Shown here one piece after another: positions 11,765 through 21,667 of a DNA stretch of 54,978 nucleotides (the stretch's first letter is position 1; every line of letters starts with the position of its first letter). Position numbers and translations under genes: made by a program. The stretch is taken from the NCBI GenBank assembly GCA_965205655.1, contig CBDBIJ010000012.1:1-54978 (forward strand). Reading direction: 5' to 3'. The stretch comes from Candidatus Latescibacterota bacterium (lineage in GTDB: Bacteria; Latescibacterota; UBA2968; UBA8231). The notes below the pieces were generated by a model that searched no databases, was not told the DNA's origin, and was given only the letters and a program-made list of their open reading frames with translations.

Positions 11765-14437
11765 ATGACCCAGGCGTTGAAGCTTGATTTCGATACCTAC
11801 GAGATCGAAGAGCGGGAGTGGCTCGAGTCGCTGGATTACATCCTCGAGACCTATCCCCCCGAACAGGTACACACCCTGCTCAGACAGCTCCTGCATCGGG
11901 CAGAGCAGTCCGGCATTCGGCTCCCGTTTACGGCCAACACCCCGTATATCAACACGATCCCCCGAGACGGCCAGCCGGTTTTTCCCGGCAGCCGGGAGAT
12001 CGAGCGCCGCATCAAGAGCCTCATTCGCTGGAATGCCATGGCCATGGTCGTGCGGGCGAATCGGGACGATGCGGCTCCCGGCGGCCATATCTCCTCCTAC
12101 GCTTCGGTGGCGACCCTGCTCGAGGTGGGCTTCAACCACTTCTTCCGCGCCAGAAGCGACGATTTCAGCGGCGATCAGATCTATTTTCAGGGACATACGG
12201 CGCCCGGCATATACGCGCGTGCCTTTCTCGAAGGCCGCCTGAGCGAACGGCATCTCGAGAATTTCCGCCGCGAGCTGCGCGACGGTGGCGGCCTTTCTTC
12301 GTATCCCCATCCCTGGCTCATGCCGGATTTCTGGGAGTTTCCCACCGTCTCCATGGGCCTCGGCCCCATCCTTTCCATCTACCAGGCGCGATTCAACCAT
12401 TACCTCGAAGACCGCGGAATCAAGCAGTCGAGGCAGTCCAGAGTCTGGGCCTTCATCGGCGATGGTGAGACCGACGAACCTGAGACGCTGGGCGCCATCA
12501 CTCTCGCAGCCAGAGAGAAGCTCGGCAACCTGATCTGGGTCATAAACTGCAACCTGCAGCGCTTGGATGGCCCGGTGCGCGGCAATGGCAAGATCGTCCA
12601 GGAGCTCGAAGCCGCCTTCCGCGGCGCCGGCTGGAACGTCATCAAGGTAATCTGGGGCGACGACTGGGATCCCCTTCTCGAGCGCGATGCGAACGACCTG
12701 CTGCTCAAGCGCATGGGCGAGGTCGTGGACGGCGAGTACCAGAAGTACACCGTCTCCGGCGGGGCGTATATCCGCGAGCATTTCTTCGGCACCGATCCCC
12801 GGCTGCGTCATCTCGTCGAACACCTTTCCGACGAACAGCTCGAGAAGATGCGCCGTGGCGGCCACGACCCGGAGAAGGTCTACGCCGCCTTCAAGGCAGC
12901 AGTGGAGCATGAGGGGTCGCCCACAGTCATCCTCGCCAAGACGGTAAAAGGATACGGGCTTGGAGAAGCGGGTGAAGGGAAAAATATCACCCACCAGCAG
13001 AAGAAGCTGAACGAGGACGAGCTCAAGGAGTTCCGCACCCGATTCGGCATTCCCATTTCCGACGACGATGTCGCCGACGCGCCGTTCTATCGGCCCCCCG
13101 AGGACAGTCAGGAGATGATCTACCTGCGCGAGCGCCGCGAAGCGCTTGGCGGCGCGATGCCTGAGAGACGAGTCGAGGTAGAGCCGCTCAAGACACCGCC
13201 GGCGGAATTCTTCGAGGAATTCAAGGATGGCAGCGGCGACCGCGAGATCTCCACCACCATGGCCTTTGCCCGGGTGCTCACCAAGCTGATGCGCGACGAG
13301 GAGATCGGCAAGCTGATCGTGCCAATCATTCCGGACGAGGCCCGCACCTTCGGCCTCGACTCGCTGTTTCGGCCATTCGGCATCTATTCCCACGCCGGAC
13401 AGCTCTACGAACCGGTGGATCGCGACACGCTTTCCTATTACAAGGAAGCGACCGATGGACAGGTCTTCGAAGAGGGGATCACCGAGGCCGGGGCCATGTC
13501 TTCCTTCATCGCCGCCGGCACCGCCTACGCCACCCACGGCATCAACACCATTCCCTTCTTCATCTACTATTCAATGTTCGGTATGCAGCGCATCGGCGAT
13601 CTGGTATGGCTCGCCGGAGACATGCGCTGCCGCGGCTTCCTGGTGGGCGGCACGGCCGGGCGCACGACACTGGCCGGCGAAGGCCTGCAGCACAACGACG
13701 GCAACTCTCACCTGCTCGCCTATCCGGTGCCGAATCTGCTCGCCTACGATCTGGCCTTCGGCTACGAGATCGAGGTCGTCATCCGCGAGGGCATCCGCCG
13801 CATGTACGAGCAGCAGGACAGTGTGTTCTACTACCTCACGGTGGAAAACGAGAACTACGTCGTGCCGCCGATGCCGGAGGGGTGCGAGGAGGGGATCATT
13901 CGAGGCCTGTACGGGTTTAGCGCCTCTGACAAACAGTTGGAGCACCGGGCGCACTTGCTCGCCAGCGGTGCCATTCTCAACATGGCGCTGCAGGCACAGG
14001 AGCTGCTGGCCGAGAAATACGATGTCGCCGCCGACGTGTGGAGCGTCACCAGCTTCAAGGAGCTCCACAAGGACGGGCTCGAGACTGACCGCTGGAACCG
14101 CATGCACCCGCAGGAGCAGCCGCGCGAATCCTACCTGAGTCAGTGTCTCAAGGATGAAACCGGCGTCTTCGTCGTCGCCTCCGATTACGTAAAGGCGCTC
14201 CCCGAGTCGACCGCTCGGTGGTTTCCCAGACCGCCTGTCTGCCTGGGTACCGACGGCTTCGGCCGCAGCGAGGGCCGCGAGGCGTTGCGCGATTTCTTCG
14301 AAGTCGACCCGCGCTTCATTGCGCTGTCGGCGCTGAGCGCTCTCGCCGCTGAGGGAACCATCGACGCCGGGGTCGTTTCGCAGGCCATGGCCGATCTCGA
14401 CATCGATCCCGAGAAGCCGAACCCCGCAACTTCCTGA
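11765..14437 (+). CDS. aceE: Pyruvate dehydrogenase E1, homodimeric type
   Basis: GLSSYPHPWLMPDFWEFPTVSMGLGP, TPP motif GDGETDEPE..NCNLQRLDGPV, EEGITEAG, LGTDGFGRS; start MTQALKLD with AGAGG RBS. Confidence 0.97.
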   Translation: MTQALKLDFDTYEIEEREWLESLDYILETYPPEQVHTLLRQLLHRAEQSGIRLPFTANTPYINTIPRDGQPVFPGSREIERRIKSLIRWNAMAMVVRANRDDAAPGGHISSYASVATLLEVGFNHFFRARSDDFSGDQIYFQGHTAPGIYARAFLEGRLSERHLENFRRELRDGGGLSSYPHPWLMPDFWEFPTVSMGLGPILSIYQARFNHYLEDRGIKQSRQSRVWAFIGDGETDEPETLGAITLAAREKLGNLIWVINCNLQRLDGPVRGNGKIVQELEAAFRGAGWNVIKVIWGDDWDPLLERDANDLLLKRMGEVVDGEYQKYTVSGGAYIREHFFGTDPRLRHLVEHLSDEQLEKMRRGGHDPEKVYAAFKAAVEHEGSPTVILAKTVKGYGLGEAGEGKNITHQQKKLNEDELKEFRTRFGIPISDDDVADAPFYRPPEDSQEMIYLRERREALGGAMPERRVEVEPLKTPPAEFFEEFKDGSGDREISTTMAFARVLTKLMRDEEIGKLIVPIIPDEARTFGLDSLFRPFGIYSHAGQLYEPVDRDTLSYYKEATDGQVFEEGITEAGAMSSFIAAGTAYATHGINTIPFFIYYSMFGMQRIGDLVWLAGDMRCRGFLVGGTAGRTTLAGEGLQHNDGNSHLLAYPVPNLLAYDLAFGYEIEVVIREGIRRMYEQQDSVFYYLTVENENYVVPPMPEGCEEGIIRGLYGFSASDKQLEHRAHLLASGAILNMALQAQELLAEKYDVAADVWSVTSFKELHKDGLETDRWNRMHPQEQPRESYLSQCLKDETGVFVVASDYVKALPESTARWFPRPPVCLGTDGFGRSEGREALRDFFEVDPRFIALSALSALAAEGTIDAGVVSQAMADLDIDPEKPNPATS

Positions 14438-14450
14438 CGACAAACGGATC

Positions 14451-16055
14451 ATGGTTATGGCGGTGGAGTTCCGACTCCCCGATCTGGGCGAGAACATCGA
14501 TGCTGGCGAGGTCATCAACGTCCTCGTCGCAGTAGGCGATTCGCTGGCAGAAGATCAGGCTGTCATCGAGCTCGAGACCGACAAGGCGGTCATCGAGGTG
14601 CCGTCGTCGGTGAGCGGAACGATCGCAGCCGTGCACGTCGGCCAGGGGGACAAGGCCGAGGTCGGGCAGGTGATTCTTACGGTGGAGGCCGATGCGGCGG
14701 CTGCCCCTTCACGCATGGAAGAGACGCCCCCCGCCTCACCCGCTGCCGCGGCTGAGCCCCCTCCATCATCAGGACAGATCGAGGTGCGGTTGCCGGAGCT
14801 CGGCGAGGGCGCGGACAGCGGTGATGTGGTGGGCATTCTCGTTTCACCTGGAGACATCGTTGAGGCGGAACAGGGACTCGTCGAGATCGAGATGGACAAG
14901 GGTGTTGTCGAGGTGCCGTCCACAGAGGCCGGCACCATTCTTCAGATCCATGTCTCCAAAGGCGACAACGCCGCAGTCGGACAGCTCATCGCAACCCTGG
15001 AGGCCGCCGGCCCGGTAGCGGCGCCAGAATCAGCACCCCCACCAGGCGTCGAGGCCGCTGCCCCCGAGCCGACGCCTGATCGCGCGGCGCCTGCGCCGGA
15101 AGCGGGCGCTGAAGCGGGCGCTTATAGAGAAGCGGCGCCTGTACCGGGATTCCGCAAACTCGTCCCGGCCGCACCGTCGGTTCGCCGTCTGGCGCGCGAA
15201 ATCGGCGTCGACATCACTCAGGTGCCTGGCTCAGGACCGGCGGGGCGGATCTCACCGGCGGATGTGAAGGCGCACTCAAAAGCCCTTCACGATGGTGGGC
15301 CGACGTCGCCTGCGGCCGTCGCCGCGGCGCCACTGCCCGATTTCTCCAAGTGGGGCGAGATCGAGCGTCAACCCATGAGCAATGTGCGACGCCTGACGGC
15401 CGAGCACATGACCCGGGCCTGGACTACCATCCCGCAGGTCACTCAGTTCGACAAGACCGACATCACCGATCTGGAGGTGTGGCGCAAGAAGTTCGGTGCC
15501 GTGGCGGAGGCGGCCGGCGGCAAGCTGACCCCCACAGCCATCGTACTGAAGATCGTCGCCTCGGCTCTGAAAAAATTCCCCCAGTTCGGCGCCAGCGTGG
15601 ACATGGCCAGCGAGGAAGTCATCCTCAAGAAGTATGTCAGCATCGGCGTGGCGGTCGACACGCCCCGGGGGCTCATCGTCCCGGTCGTCCGCGACGTGAA
15701 CGACAAAAACATGGTGGAGCTCGCGGTCGAGTTGACCGACATCGCCGACCGCGCCCGCAAGGGGAAGATCTCCGTCGACGAAATGCAGGGTGGCTGCTTC
15801 ACGATCAGCAATCTGGGCGGCATCGGCGGCACCGCCTTTACGCCGATCGTCAACGCTCCGGAGGTCGCCATCCTCGGCGTCGCCCGGGGTCGGCAGGAAC
15901 CCGTGCTCGTCGACGGCGAGTTCACCCCGAGATTGATGATGCCCCTGTCGTTGAGCTACGATCACCGCGTCATCGACGGGGCTGACGGAGCCCGCTTCCT
16001 GCGCTGGATCTGCGAAGCCCTGGAAAACCCGTTTCTCATCGCCCTCGAGGGCTGA
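14451..16055 (+). CDS. aceF: Dihydrolipoamide acetyltransferase E2, two lipoyl domains
   Basis: Lipoyl motifs ETDKA and EMDKG, PSBD AAPSVRRLARE, catalytic SYDHRVIDGADGARF. Confidence 0.96.
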   Translation: MVMAVEFRLPDLGENIDAGEVINVLVAVGDSLAEDQAVIELETDKAVIEVPSSVSGTIAAVHVGQGDKAEVGQVILTVEADAAAAPSRMEETPPASPAAAAEPPPSSGQIEVRLPELGEGADSGDVVGILVSPGDIVEAEQGLVEIEMDKGVVEVPSTEAGTILQIHVSKGDNAAVGQLIATLEAAGPVAAPESAPPPGVEAAAPEPTPDRAAPAPEAGAEAGAYREAAPVPGFRKLVPAAPSVRRLAREIGVDITQVPGSGPAGRISPADVKAHSKALHDGGPTSPAAVAAAPLPDFSKWGEIERQPMSNVRRLTAEHMTRAWTTIPQVTQFDKTDITDLEVWRKKFGAVAEAAGGKLTPTAIVLKIVASALKKFPQFGASVDMASEEVILKKYVSIGVAVDTPRGLIVPVVRDVNDKNMVELAVELTDIADRARKGKISVDEMQGGCFTISNLGGIGGTAFTPIVNAPEVAILGVARGRQEPVLVDGEFTPRLMMPLSLSYDHRVIDGADGARFLRWICEALENPFLIALEG

Positions 16056-16065
16056 GGGAGCTCCG

Positions 16066-17475
16066 GTGGAATCGACGCAGGTAGCCGTCATCGGTGCCGG
16101 GCCGGGCGGTTACGTCGCTGCCTTCAGAGCGGCCGATCTGGGGCTCGGTGTGACGCTCGTCGACCTCGACCCGAATCCTGGCGGCGTCTGCCTCTATCGC
16201 GGCTGCATCCCCTCGAAGGCGCTCCTCCACGTGGCGAAGTTGATCACCGAAGCCAGAGAGGCGGCAGAATGGGGCGTCCGATTCGCAGAGCCCGAAATCG
16301 ACCTGACGCAGCTCAACGCCTTCAAGGATCGGGTGGTTGCCAGGATGACGGGTGGCCTCGGACAGCTCGCCAGAGCCCGCAAGGTCACCAGCATCCAGGG
16401 CCGCGCCACCTGCCTGGACGCTCATACCATCCACATCGACAAAAGTGATGGATCCGGGCTCGATCTGAGGTTCGAGCACGCCATCCTCGCCACCGGCTCG
16501 CGCCCGACCGTCCTGCCCGTCTTCGATATCGGCAGCGACCGGGTCATGGATTCCACCAGCGCCCTCGAGCTTGCCGACGTTCCCGGCTCGCTGCTCGTCG
16601 TCGGGGGCGGTATTGTCGGGCTGGAGCTCGGCACAGTCTACTCCGCCCTGGGGACGACCGTGTCGGTGGTCGAGATGCTGCCCGGCCTCGTCCCACCGGC
16701 CGATCGCGATTTGGTAAAGCCCTTGCACGACAGACTCGAGGGGCAGTTCGAGGACATCCACCTGGGCACGAAAGTGACGGACATCGGGGAATCCGGCGAG
16801 GGTATCGAGGTCCAGTTCGAAGGCGACGGCGAGACCTGGTCCAAGACCTACGACAAGCTGCTCGTCTCGATCGGTCGCAAGCCGAATTCCGAGAATCTTG
16901 GATTGGAGAGCACGAAGGTTCAGCTGGATCAGCACGGCTACCTCCAGGTCGATCAACAGCGCCGTACTGGCGAGCCTTCGATTTTCGCCATCGGCGATGT
17001 CATCGGATCCGGCCTCGCCCATACCGCATCTCACGAGGGGACGGTCGCGGCCGAGGTGATCGCCGGCAAGAAGTCGGCGTTCGAGCCGAACGCCATTCCC
17101 AGCGTCGTCTACACAGATCCCGAAATCGCCTGGTGCGGGTTGACGGAGACGGAGGCCGATCAGAGTGGACGATCGGTCCAGGTGTCTCGCTTTTCCTGGG
17201 GCGCCTCCGGGCGAGCCACCACGATCGATCGCAATGAGGGGCTTACCAAGTTGGTGCTGGACCCGGACTCCGGCCGTATTCTCGGTGTCGGTATCGTCGG
17301 TGTCGGCGCCGGCGAGCTCATCGCCGAGGGTGCTCTGGCGGTGGAGATGGCTGCTCTGGCCAGCGATGTGCAGCTCACCATTCACCCGCACCCAACGCTT
17401 TCAGAGACTGTGATGGAGGCGGCCGAAGTCTTTTACGGCCACAGCCCTCATGTCATCTCGCCGCAAAAACGGTAG
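16066..17475 (+). CDS. lpdA: Dihydrolipoamide dehydrogenase E3
   Basis: GAGPGGY, GGVCLYRGCIPSK, IHPHPTLSE; GTG start with GGGAG RBS. Confidence 0.97.
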   Translation: MESTQVAVIGAGPGGYVAAFRAADLGLGVTLVDLDPNPGGVCLYRGCIPSKALLHVAKLITEAREAAEWGVRFAEPEIDLTQLNAFKDRVVARMTGGLGQLARARKVTSIQGRATCLDAHTIHIDKSDGSGLDLRFEHAILATGSRPTVLPVFDIGSDRVMDSTSALELADVPGSLLVVGGGIVGLELGTVYSALGTTVSVVEMLPGLVPPADRDLVKPLHDRLEGQFEDIHLGTKVTDIGESGEGIEVQFEGDGETWSKTYDKLLVSIGRKPNSENLGLESTKVQLDQHGYLQVDQQRRTGEPSIFAIGDVIGSGLAHTASHEGTVAAEVIAGKKSAFEPNAIPSVVYTDPEIAWCGLTETEADQSGRSVQVSRFSWGASGRATTIDRNEGLTKLVLDPDSGRILGVGIVGVGAGELIAEGALAVEMAALASDVQLTIHPHPTLSETVMEAAEVFYGHSPHVISPQKR

Positions 17476-17668
17476 GGATCCGCCGATCTTCCGCTCGGCT
17501 CTTTGACAAGCTTCCCTCTGCTGCAAAGATTTCCCCAGTGCCACAGCGGTGGGAAATGACTTCCCCCCGATTTATCCGGGCCCTTCTTGCGATCCAAATG
17601 ACTGCGCCCAATAGTATTGTTTTTCAGCAGGTTACGTCATTGAAAATCATGAGGGCGGAGTCCCGGAG

Positions 17669-17683
17669 TGGTACGATATTTGC
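17669..17683 (+). promoter_or_regulatory. Putative sigma54 (-24/-12) promoter
   Basis: TGGTACGATATTTGC has GG-N10-GC spacing; AT-rich IHF-like site TTTCAGCAGGTTA at 17622-17634 upstream. Confidence 0.65.
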
Positions 17684-17800
17684 CATCTCTCGCGTGCAGG
17701 GATCGGTCTGCGGGCTTTCGAGAAAGCCCAAAGGGGCCCGCTTACGGTCTCCCGCTGGTGTTGCAACCAACCGAATTCGAGTTTCGTGCGAGACGTTGAG

Positions 17801-17938
17801 ATGGAGAGCTCACCCGTCATTCAAATTGGCCGCCGCCTCGAGGAATTGGATCAGCAGATCCATACCTGCCTCAAGGACATCCGCCGCAACCTTGCCGAGG
17901 TTGGAACGCGTGTCGGAAAAGGAAGAGGGTGGCGGTGA
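17801..17938 (+). CDS. Small unannotated coiled-coil-like protein (45 aa; may extend to 18014 if frameshifted)
   Basis: MESSPVIQIGRRLEELDQQIHTCLKDIRRNLAEVGTRVGKGRGWR*; below the ORF-track cut-off; lies downstream of the sigma54 motif; weak RBS. Confidence 0.45.
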   Translation: MESSPVIQIGRRLEELDQQIHTCLKDIRRNLAEVGTRVGKGRGWR

Positions 17939-18209
17939 CAGGTCGGGTGGTGGCTTTGCCGACATGCTGAAGGCGTCAATGTCTCGACGACAGGGCTCCT
18001 CCGACTCCGGCTGAGTCCGCCTCTCGCGGCGTCACCCGCCGCCAGGTCTTGCGCTTGGAGCCAGGGTCGCGTGAGAGAGCCGCCGTCCGCTGCCAACGAG
18101 CCCGCGCCCCCGCTCCCGATCCCCCCGCCACCCACAGCGCTACGCGTCGTAACTTCTGGTGTCATCCGCAGCTTGGAGATAAGGGCCGAATCTGCCATTT
18201 TCCTTATCT

Positions 18210-18238
18210 TTGACCGGCTGCCAAAAGAAATCTATGAT
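18210..18238 (+). promoter_or_regulatory. Sigma70 promoter directly before the slt start codon
   Basis: TTGACC (18210-18215), 17 nt, TATGAT (18233-18238), then 8 nt to ATG 18247. Confidence 0.75.
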
Positions 18239-18246
18239 CGATTGAT

Positions 18247-20412
18247 ATGGGATCCCGAGCAAAGCTGGCACTGACGAGCGCGGCGTTGAGCTTTGCCGTC
18301 ATTCTGCCCTTTGCCGCGAAGATCCTCGTCGATCGGCCGGCACCGCCCAGAGCGACCTCGTGGGATGAGATTTCCGAGCTCATCGCCAGCCGCGACTTCG
18401 AGCTTGCCTACCGGCTGCTACAGGCGCAAGAGCGAGCGGGTCGGATCCCGATCCTGGGCGCCGCGCATGCTAGCTACCAGAAATCGGTGTGCGAGCGTGG
18501 GCTCGGGCGTCCCGAGCTCGCCTACGTCAGACTCGCGCGTCTGCAGGGAGTCGAACCCCTCCTCGAGGACTACCGGCGCCTGTGGATGGCCCGCTCGCTC
18601 CATGAGATGGGCGACGCGGCGGCCGCCACGGCGGCTTACGAAGACCTTTTGATCAGTAGTGCGGTCCCGGCGGTAGCGGATTCAGCCCGTCTCTACCTCG
18701 CCGCACTTTACGCCAAAGCCGACCAGTTCGACCGCAGCCTCGAGCTCTACCGAGCCCAGATCGAACGCGACTCGAGACGCGCGCCCGACCTCCTCTTCCG
18801 CATCGCCCAGATCCACGACGCCGCCGACCGGCCCCAACGGGCGCGGCGGGCGCGGCTCCAGTTGATGGAAGCCTACCCTTCCCAGCGCCCTGCCCTGGAC
18901 GCGACTCCGTACATGGCGCGGAATTTGACGCCGCGGGAGCGACATGCCCGAGGTCTCGTCTACCTCGAACACGGCAGGTCCCGCCAGGCGGCAAAGGAGT
19001 TTGGCTCCCTTCTGAAGGCGAGCCCCGACCACTCACTCGCCGAGGAGGCCCATTACCTGCTGGCGAGGGCGTACCTGAAATTGGGCCAGTTCGCCAGGGC
19101 CAGACGTGCCTTCGAGAAGGTTCACGAACGCTACGGGCGACCGGCTGCCCTCTACCGCCTGGCCGGCATTCAGGTGCGGCTGGATCGGGATCGGGAGGCA
19201 ATCGACACCTATTCTCGCTTTGTCAGCCTCTACCCGCGGCACGAACTCGCCCCCAGGGCGTTGTGGCAGGCTGCCAAGGCGGCCGAGCGCTACAGCGATT
19301 TCGACGACGCCGAGCGCATCTACAGACAGCTCGTCGAGAACTACCCCCACACCGATTACAGCGACGAGGCCAGCTGGAGTGTCGCGTTCATGCGCTACTG
19401 TTTGCGCCAGTACGACGAAGCACTGCGGCTTTTCCGAGAGGTGGCCGGCCGGGCCGAGGAGCCGCACATCGTCGATCAGTCTCTGTTCTGGGCCGGCAAG
19501 ACCGCGCAGCAGATGGGACAGTCCGACGCGGCCGATCGGTTTTTCTCGGAGGCTGCCGGCGGTTTCCCGCGGTCCTACTACTCCACGAGAGCCGTGCGCC
19601 TGGGATACGGTGCGAACCAGACACTGCGCCAGATCCAGACTGCTCTGGGAATCGGCGCCACGCGTGGAAGCTCACCTGCGAGCTGGGACGCGAAGACGGC
19701 CGTTCGTGGCCGAGACTATCTGGAGCGTGCCGACCTCCTGGTTCAGATAGGTCTGCGAAGCCGCGCAGAGGTCGAGATGCGGGATGCGGAGGAGCTGAAC
19801 GAAGGTGATGTCGGCGCCCTCAGAGCGATACGGGACTGCTACGAAAGCCTCGGTATACTCGACCGCGCCCTCGTGCTGACAACCCGGATCTTCGCCGCCG
19901 AGGAGGACGAGGACGAGATCTGTCGCCTCTACCCGAGTTACTATTGGGAACAGATCGTCACCGCGGCCCGCGAGGCGCAGGTCGACCCGTATCTCGTCCT
20001 GTCGGTCATGCGGCAGGAGAGTTTCTTCAACGACGAAGCGGTATCTCGCGCCGGGGCGGTGGGGCTTATGCAGATCATGCCCCAGACGGGCAAACGCCTC
20101 GCCCGCCTCATGGGTGTGCGGCCCTTCGACCGCCGGCTCCTATTCGATCCGGACGTGTCCATCCGTATGGGGAGCCGGTTTCTGGCCGATCAGGTGCGTT
20201 CCTTCACGGTGGGACCGACGCGCGAGATCGGTTTCGAGCTGGGTCTCGCGGCCTACAACGCCGGACCGCATGTGGCCCGACAGTGGATCGAGCGGTTCCC
20301 GTATCAGGATCCCGACGCTTTCGTCGAGCGCATTCCATACCGGGAGACCCGACTGTACGTCAAGAGGGTCCTGCGCAATTACACCATCTACAAAACGCTG
20401 TCGAGGGCGTGA
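18247..20412 (+). CDS. TPR-repeat soluble lytic transglycosylase (Slt70-like)
   Basis: N-terminal TM/signal, many TPR helices, SLT motifs VMRQESFF, AGAVGLMQIMP, LAAYNAGP, IPYRETRLYVK. Confidence 0.93.
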   Translation: MGSRAKLALTSAALSFAVILPFAAKILVDRPAPPRATSWDEISELIASRDFELAYRLLQAQERAGRIPILGAAHASYQKSVCERGLGRPELAYVRLARLQGVEPLLEDYRRLWMARSLHEMGDAAAATAAYEDLLISSAVPAVADSARLYLAALYAKADQFDRSLELYRAQIERDSRRAPDLLFRIAQIHDAADRPQRARRARLQLMEAYPSQRPALDATPYMARNLTPRERHARGLVYLEHGRSRQAAKEFGSLLKASPDHSLAEEAHYLLARAYLKLGQFARARRAFEKVHERYGRPAALYRLAGIQVRLDRDREAIDTYSRFVSLYPRHELAPRALWQAAKAAERYSDFDDAERIYRQLVENYPHTDYSDEASWSVAFMRYCLRQYDEALRLFREVAGRAEEPHIVDQSLFWAGKTAQQMGQSDAADRFFSEAAGGFPRSYYSTRAVRLGYGANQTLRQIQTALGIGATRGSSPASWDAKTAVRGRDYLERADLLVQIGLRSRAEVEMRDAEELNEGDVGALRAIRDCYESLGILDRALVLTTRIFAAEEDEDEICRLYPSYYWEQIVTAAREAQVDPYLVLSVMRQESFFNDEAVSRAGAVGLMQIMPQTGKRLARLMGVRPFDRRLLFDPDVSIRMGSRFLADQVRSFTVGPTREIGFELGLAAYNAGPHVARQWIERFPYQDPDAFVERIPYRETRLYVKRVLRNYTIYKTLSRA

Positions 20413-20453
20413 GCCTTTAGCCCGTTCGACCGCCTATCCCCCACCCCCAGCCC

Positions 20454-20705
20454 ATGCCGGAACCAGGCCAGCCAGCCCCAACCGATCCCGATGACGGGCA
20501 GCGCGATGGCGGTAAGCGAGCTCGCCACATCGAGGACATCTTCATCATTGCCTGCATCCTGAGTCTGTGGCCGGTCATTCTCGGCTGGCAGGAGCCGGTC
20601 TACGAGGCAGTGCTCTACCTCGCCCTCGTCGCCCTCGTCGCCATCCTGATACGGCGAATCAGACGCTTCAAGGATGCGAGCCGCTCGCTGGAAGACTCGC
20701 CGTAG
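20454..20705 (+). CDS. Small two-TM hypothetical membrane protein
   Basis: IEDIFIIACILSLWPVILGW and VLYLALVALVAILIRRIRR; codon usage like neighbours. Confidence 0.7.
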   Translation: MPEPGQPAPTDPDDGQRDGGKRARHIEDIFIIACILSLWPVILGWQEPVYEAVLYLALVALVAILIRRIRRFKDASRSLEDSP

Positions 20706-21666
20706 CTGCGCCAACCCTCGACAGGCGTTCGACCCCCATCACCAGCCCGATGCCGACGACGATGAAGACCGCGGTGAGGACGACCGTGGCCGTGAATTCG
20801 CCTGGCAGGACGCATTCGTACTGAACGACCGCTGGCGTGCTCTGTGCAACGGCGCCCTCCTCAGTGTACATCCTGAACGGCCACACCTTGCGCAGGGATC
20901 CGGCCATCAGTCCCACCAGAAGAGCCATCATCGGGTCGTGATGCCGTGCCAGCAGTCGCTTGAGCAATCTCGAAAAGACGAGAATCCCCAATGCGAAGCC
21001 ACCTCCGAAAACGACGATGACGACGAGGTCGCGCTCGTGCACGGCGGAGAGCACTTGATGGTACTTGCCCAGCAGCAGCAGGAGAAAGGACCCGCTGATC
21101 CCTGGGAGGATCATGGCGCAGCTCGCCACGGCACCCGAAAGCAGAAGCTTGTACCACTCCCCGCCTGTCTGTAGCGGTACCAGGATTGTGACGAAATAGC
21201 CGCTGGCAATCCCCGCCAGGAGTGCCAGCCTCGCAGCGCTCCCCCATCCGTCGATGCGCCGTCCCACGACCATGGCGCTGGCCCCTATCAATCCGGTGAG
21301 AAACCCCAAGAACGGGGTCGGGTGCGCTTCCATCAGGAACGTGATCGGACCGGCGAGGCCGAGGATGGCCAGCGCTATCCCCGCCAGCAGCGGTAGGAGG
21401 AATCCGGCGTTGAGCAGCGCCATGCCCTCGGCGAATCGCCCTGCAGCCAGGCAGCGGACCAGCCGCACGTTAACGCCGGCGATCGTCGCCACCAGCTCGT
21501 CGTAGATTCCGGTAATGAGGGCGATGGTCCCGCCCGACACCCCGGGGATAACGTCGGCGGCGCCCATGCACAGACCCCGCACCACGAGACCGGCTCCCCG
21601 CGCCCTGGCCGTCACCCACGGACGCTCGGCGTCTGAGTCTTCCGTAGCTGTGTGCTTTGCTGGCAT
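20668..21666 (-). CDS. DUF368 membrane protein (PopT-like undecaprenyl-phosphate translocase family)
   Basis: GLCMGAADVIPGVSGGTIALITGIY and AMILPGISGSFLLLLLGKY, GSLRKVWPF. Confidence 0.92.
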   Translation of the reverse strand: MPAKHTATEDSDAERPWVTARARGAGLVVRGLCMGAADVIPGVSGGTIALITGIYDELVATIAGVNVRLVRCLAAGRFAEGMALLNAGFLLPLLAGIALAILGLAGPITFLMEAHPTPFLGFLTGLIGASAMVVGRRIDGWGSAARLALLAGIASGYFVTILVPLQTGGEWYKLLLSGAVASCAMILPGISGSFLLLLLGKYHQVLSAVHERDLVVIVVFGGGFALGILVFSRLLKRLLARHHDPMMALLVGLMAGSLRKVWPFRMYTEEGAVAQSTPAVVQYECVLPGEFTATVVLTAVFIVVGIGLVMGVERLSRVGAATASLPASGSHP

Positions 21667-21667
21667 G

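Noticed and set aside
11741..17391. Long antisense ORFs opposite aceE/aceF/lpdA (similar ones at 32675-34312 and 46098-48017)
   Set aside because: Shadow ORFs caused by GC3 bias; no recognisable domains.
17700..17780. c-di-GMP-I riboswitch at the GAAA-containing hairpin
   Set aside because: Lacks the GGCAAAC and GACGCAAAG conserved elements; kept only as a generic hairpin.
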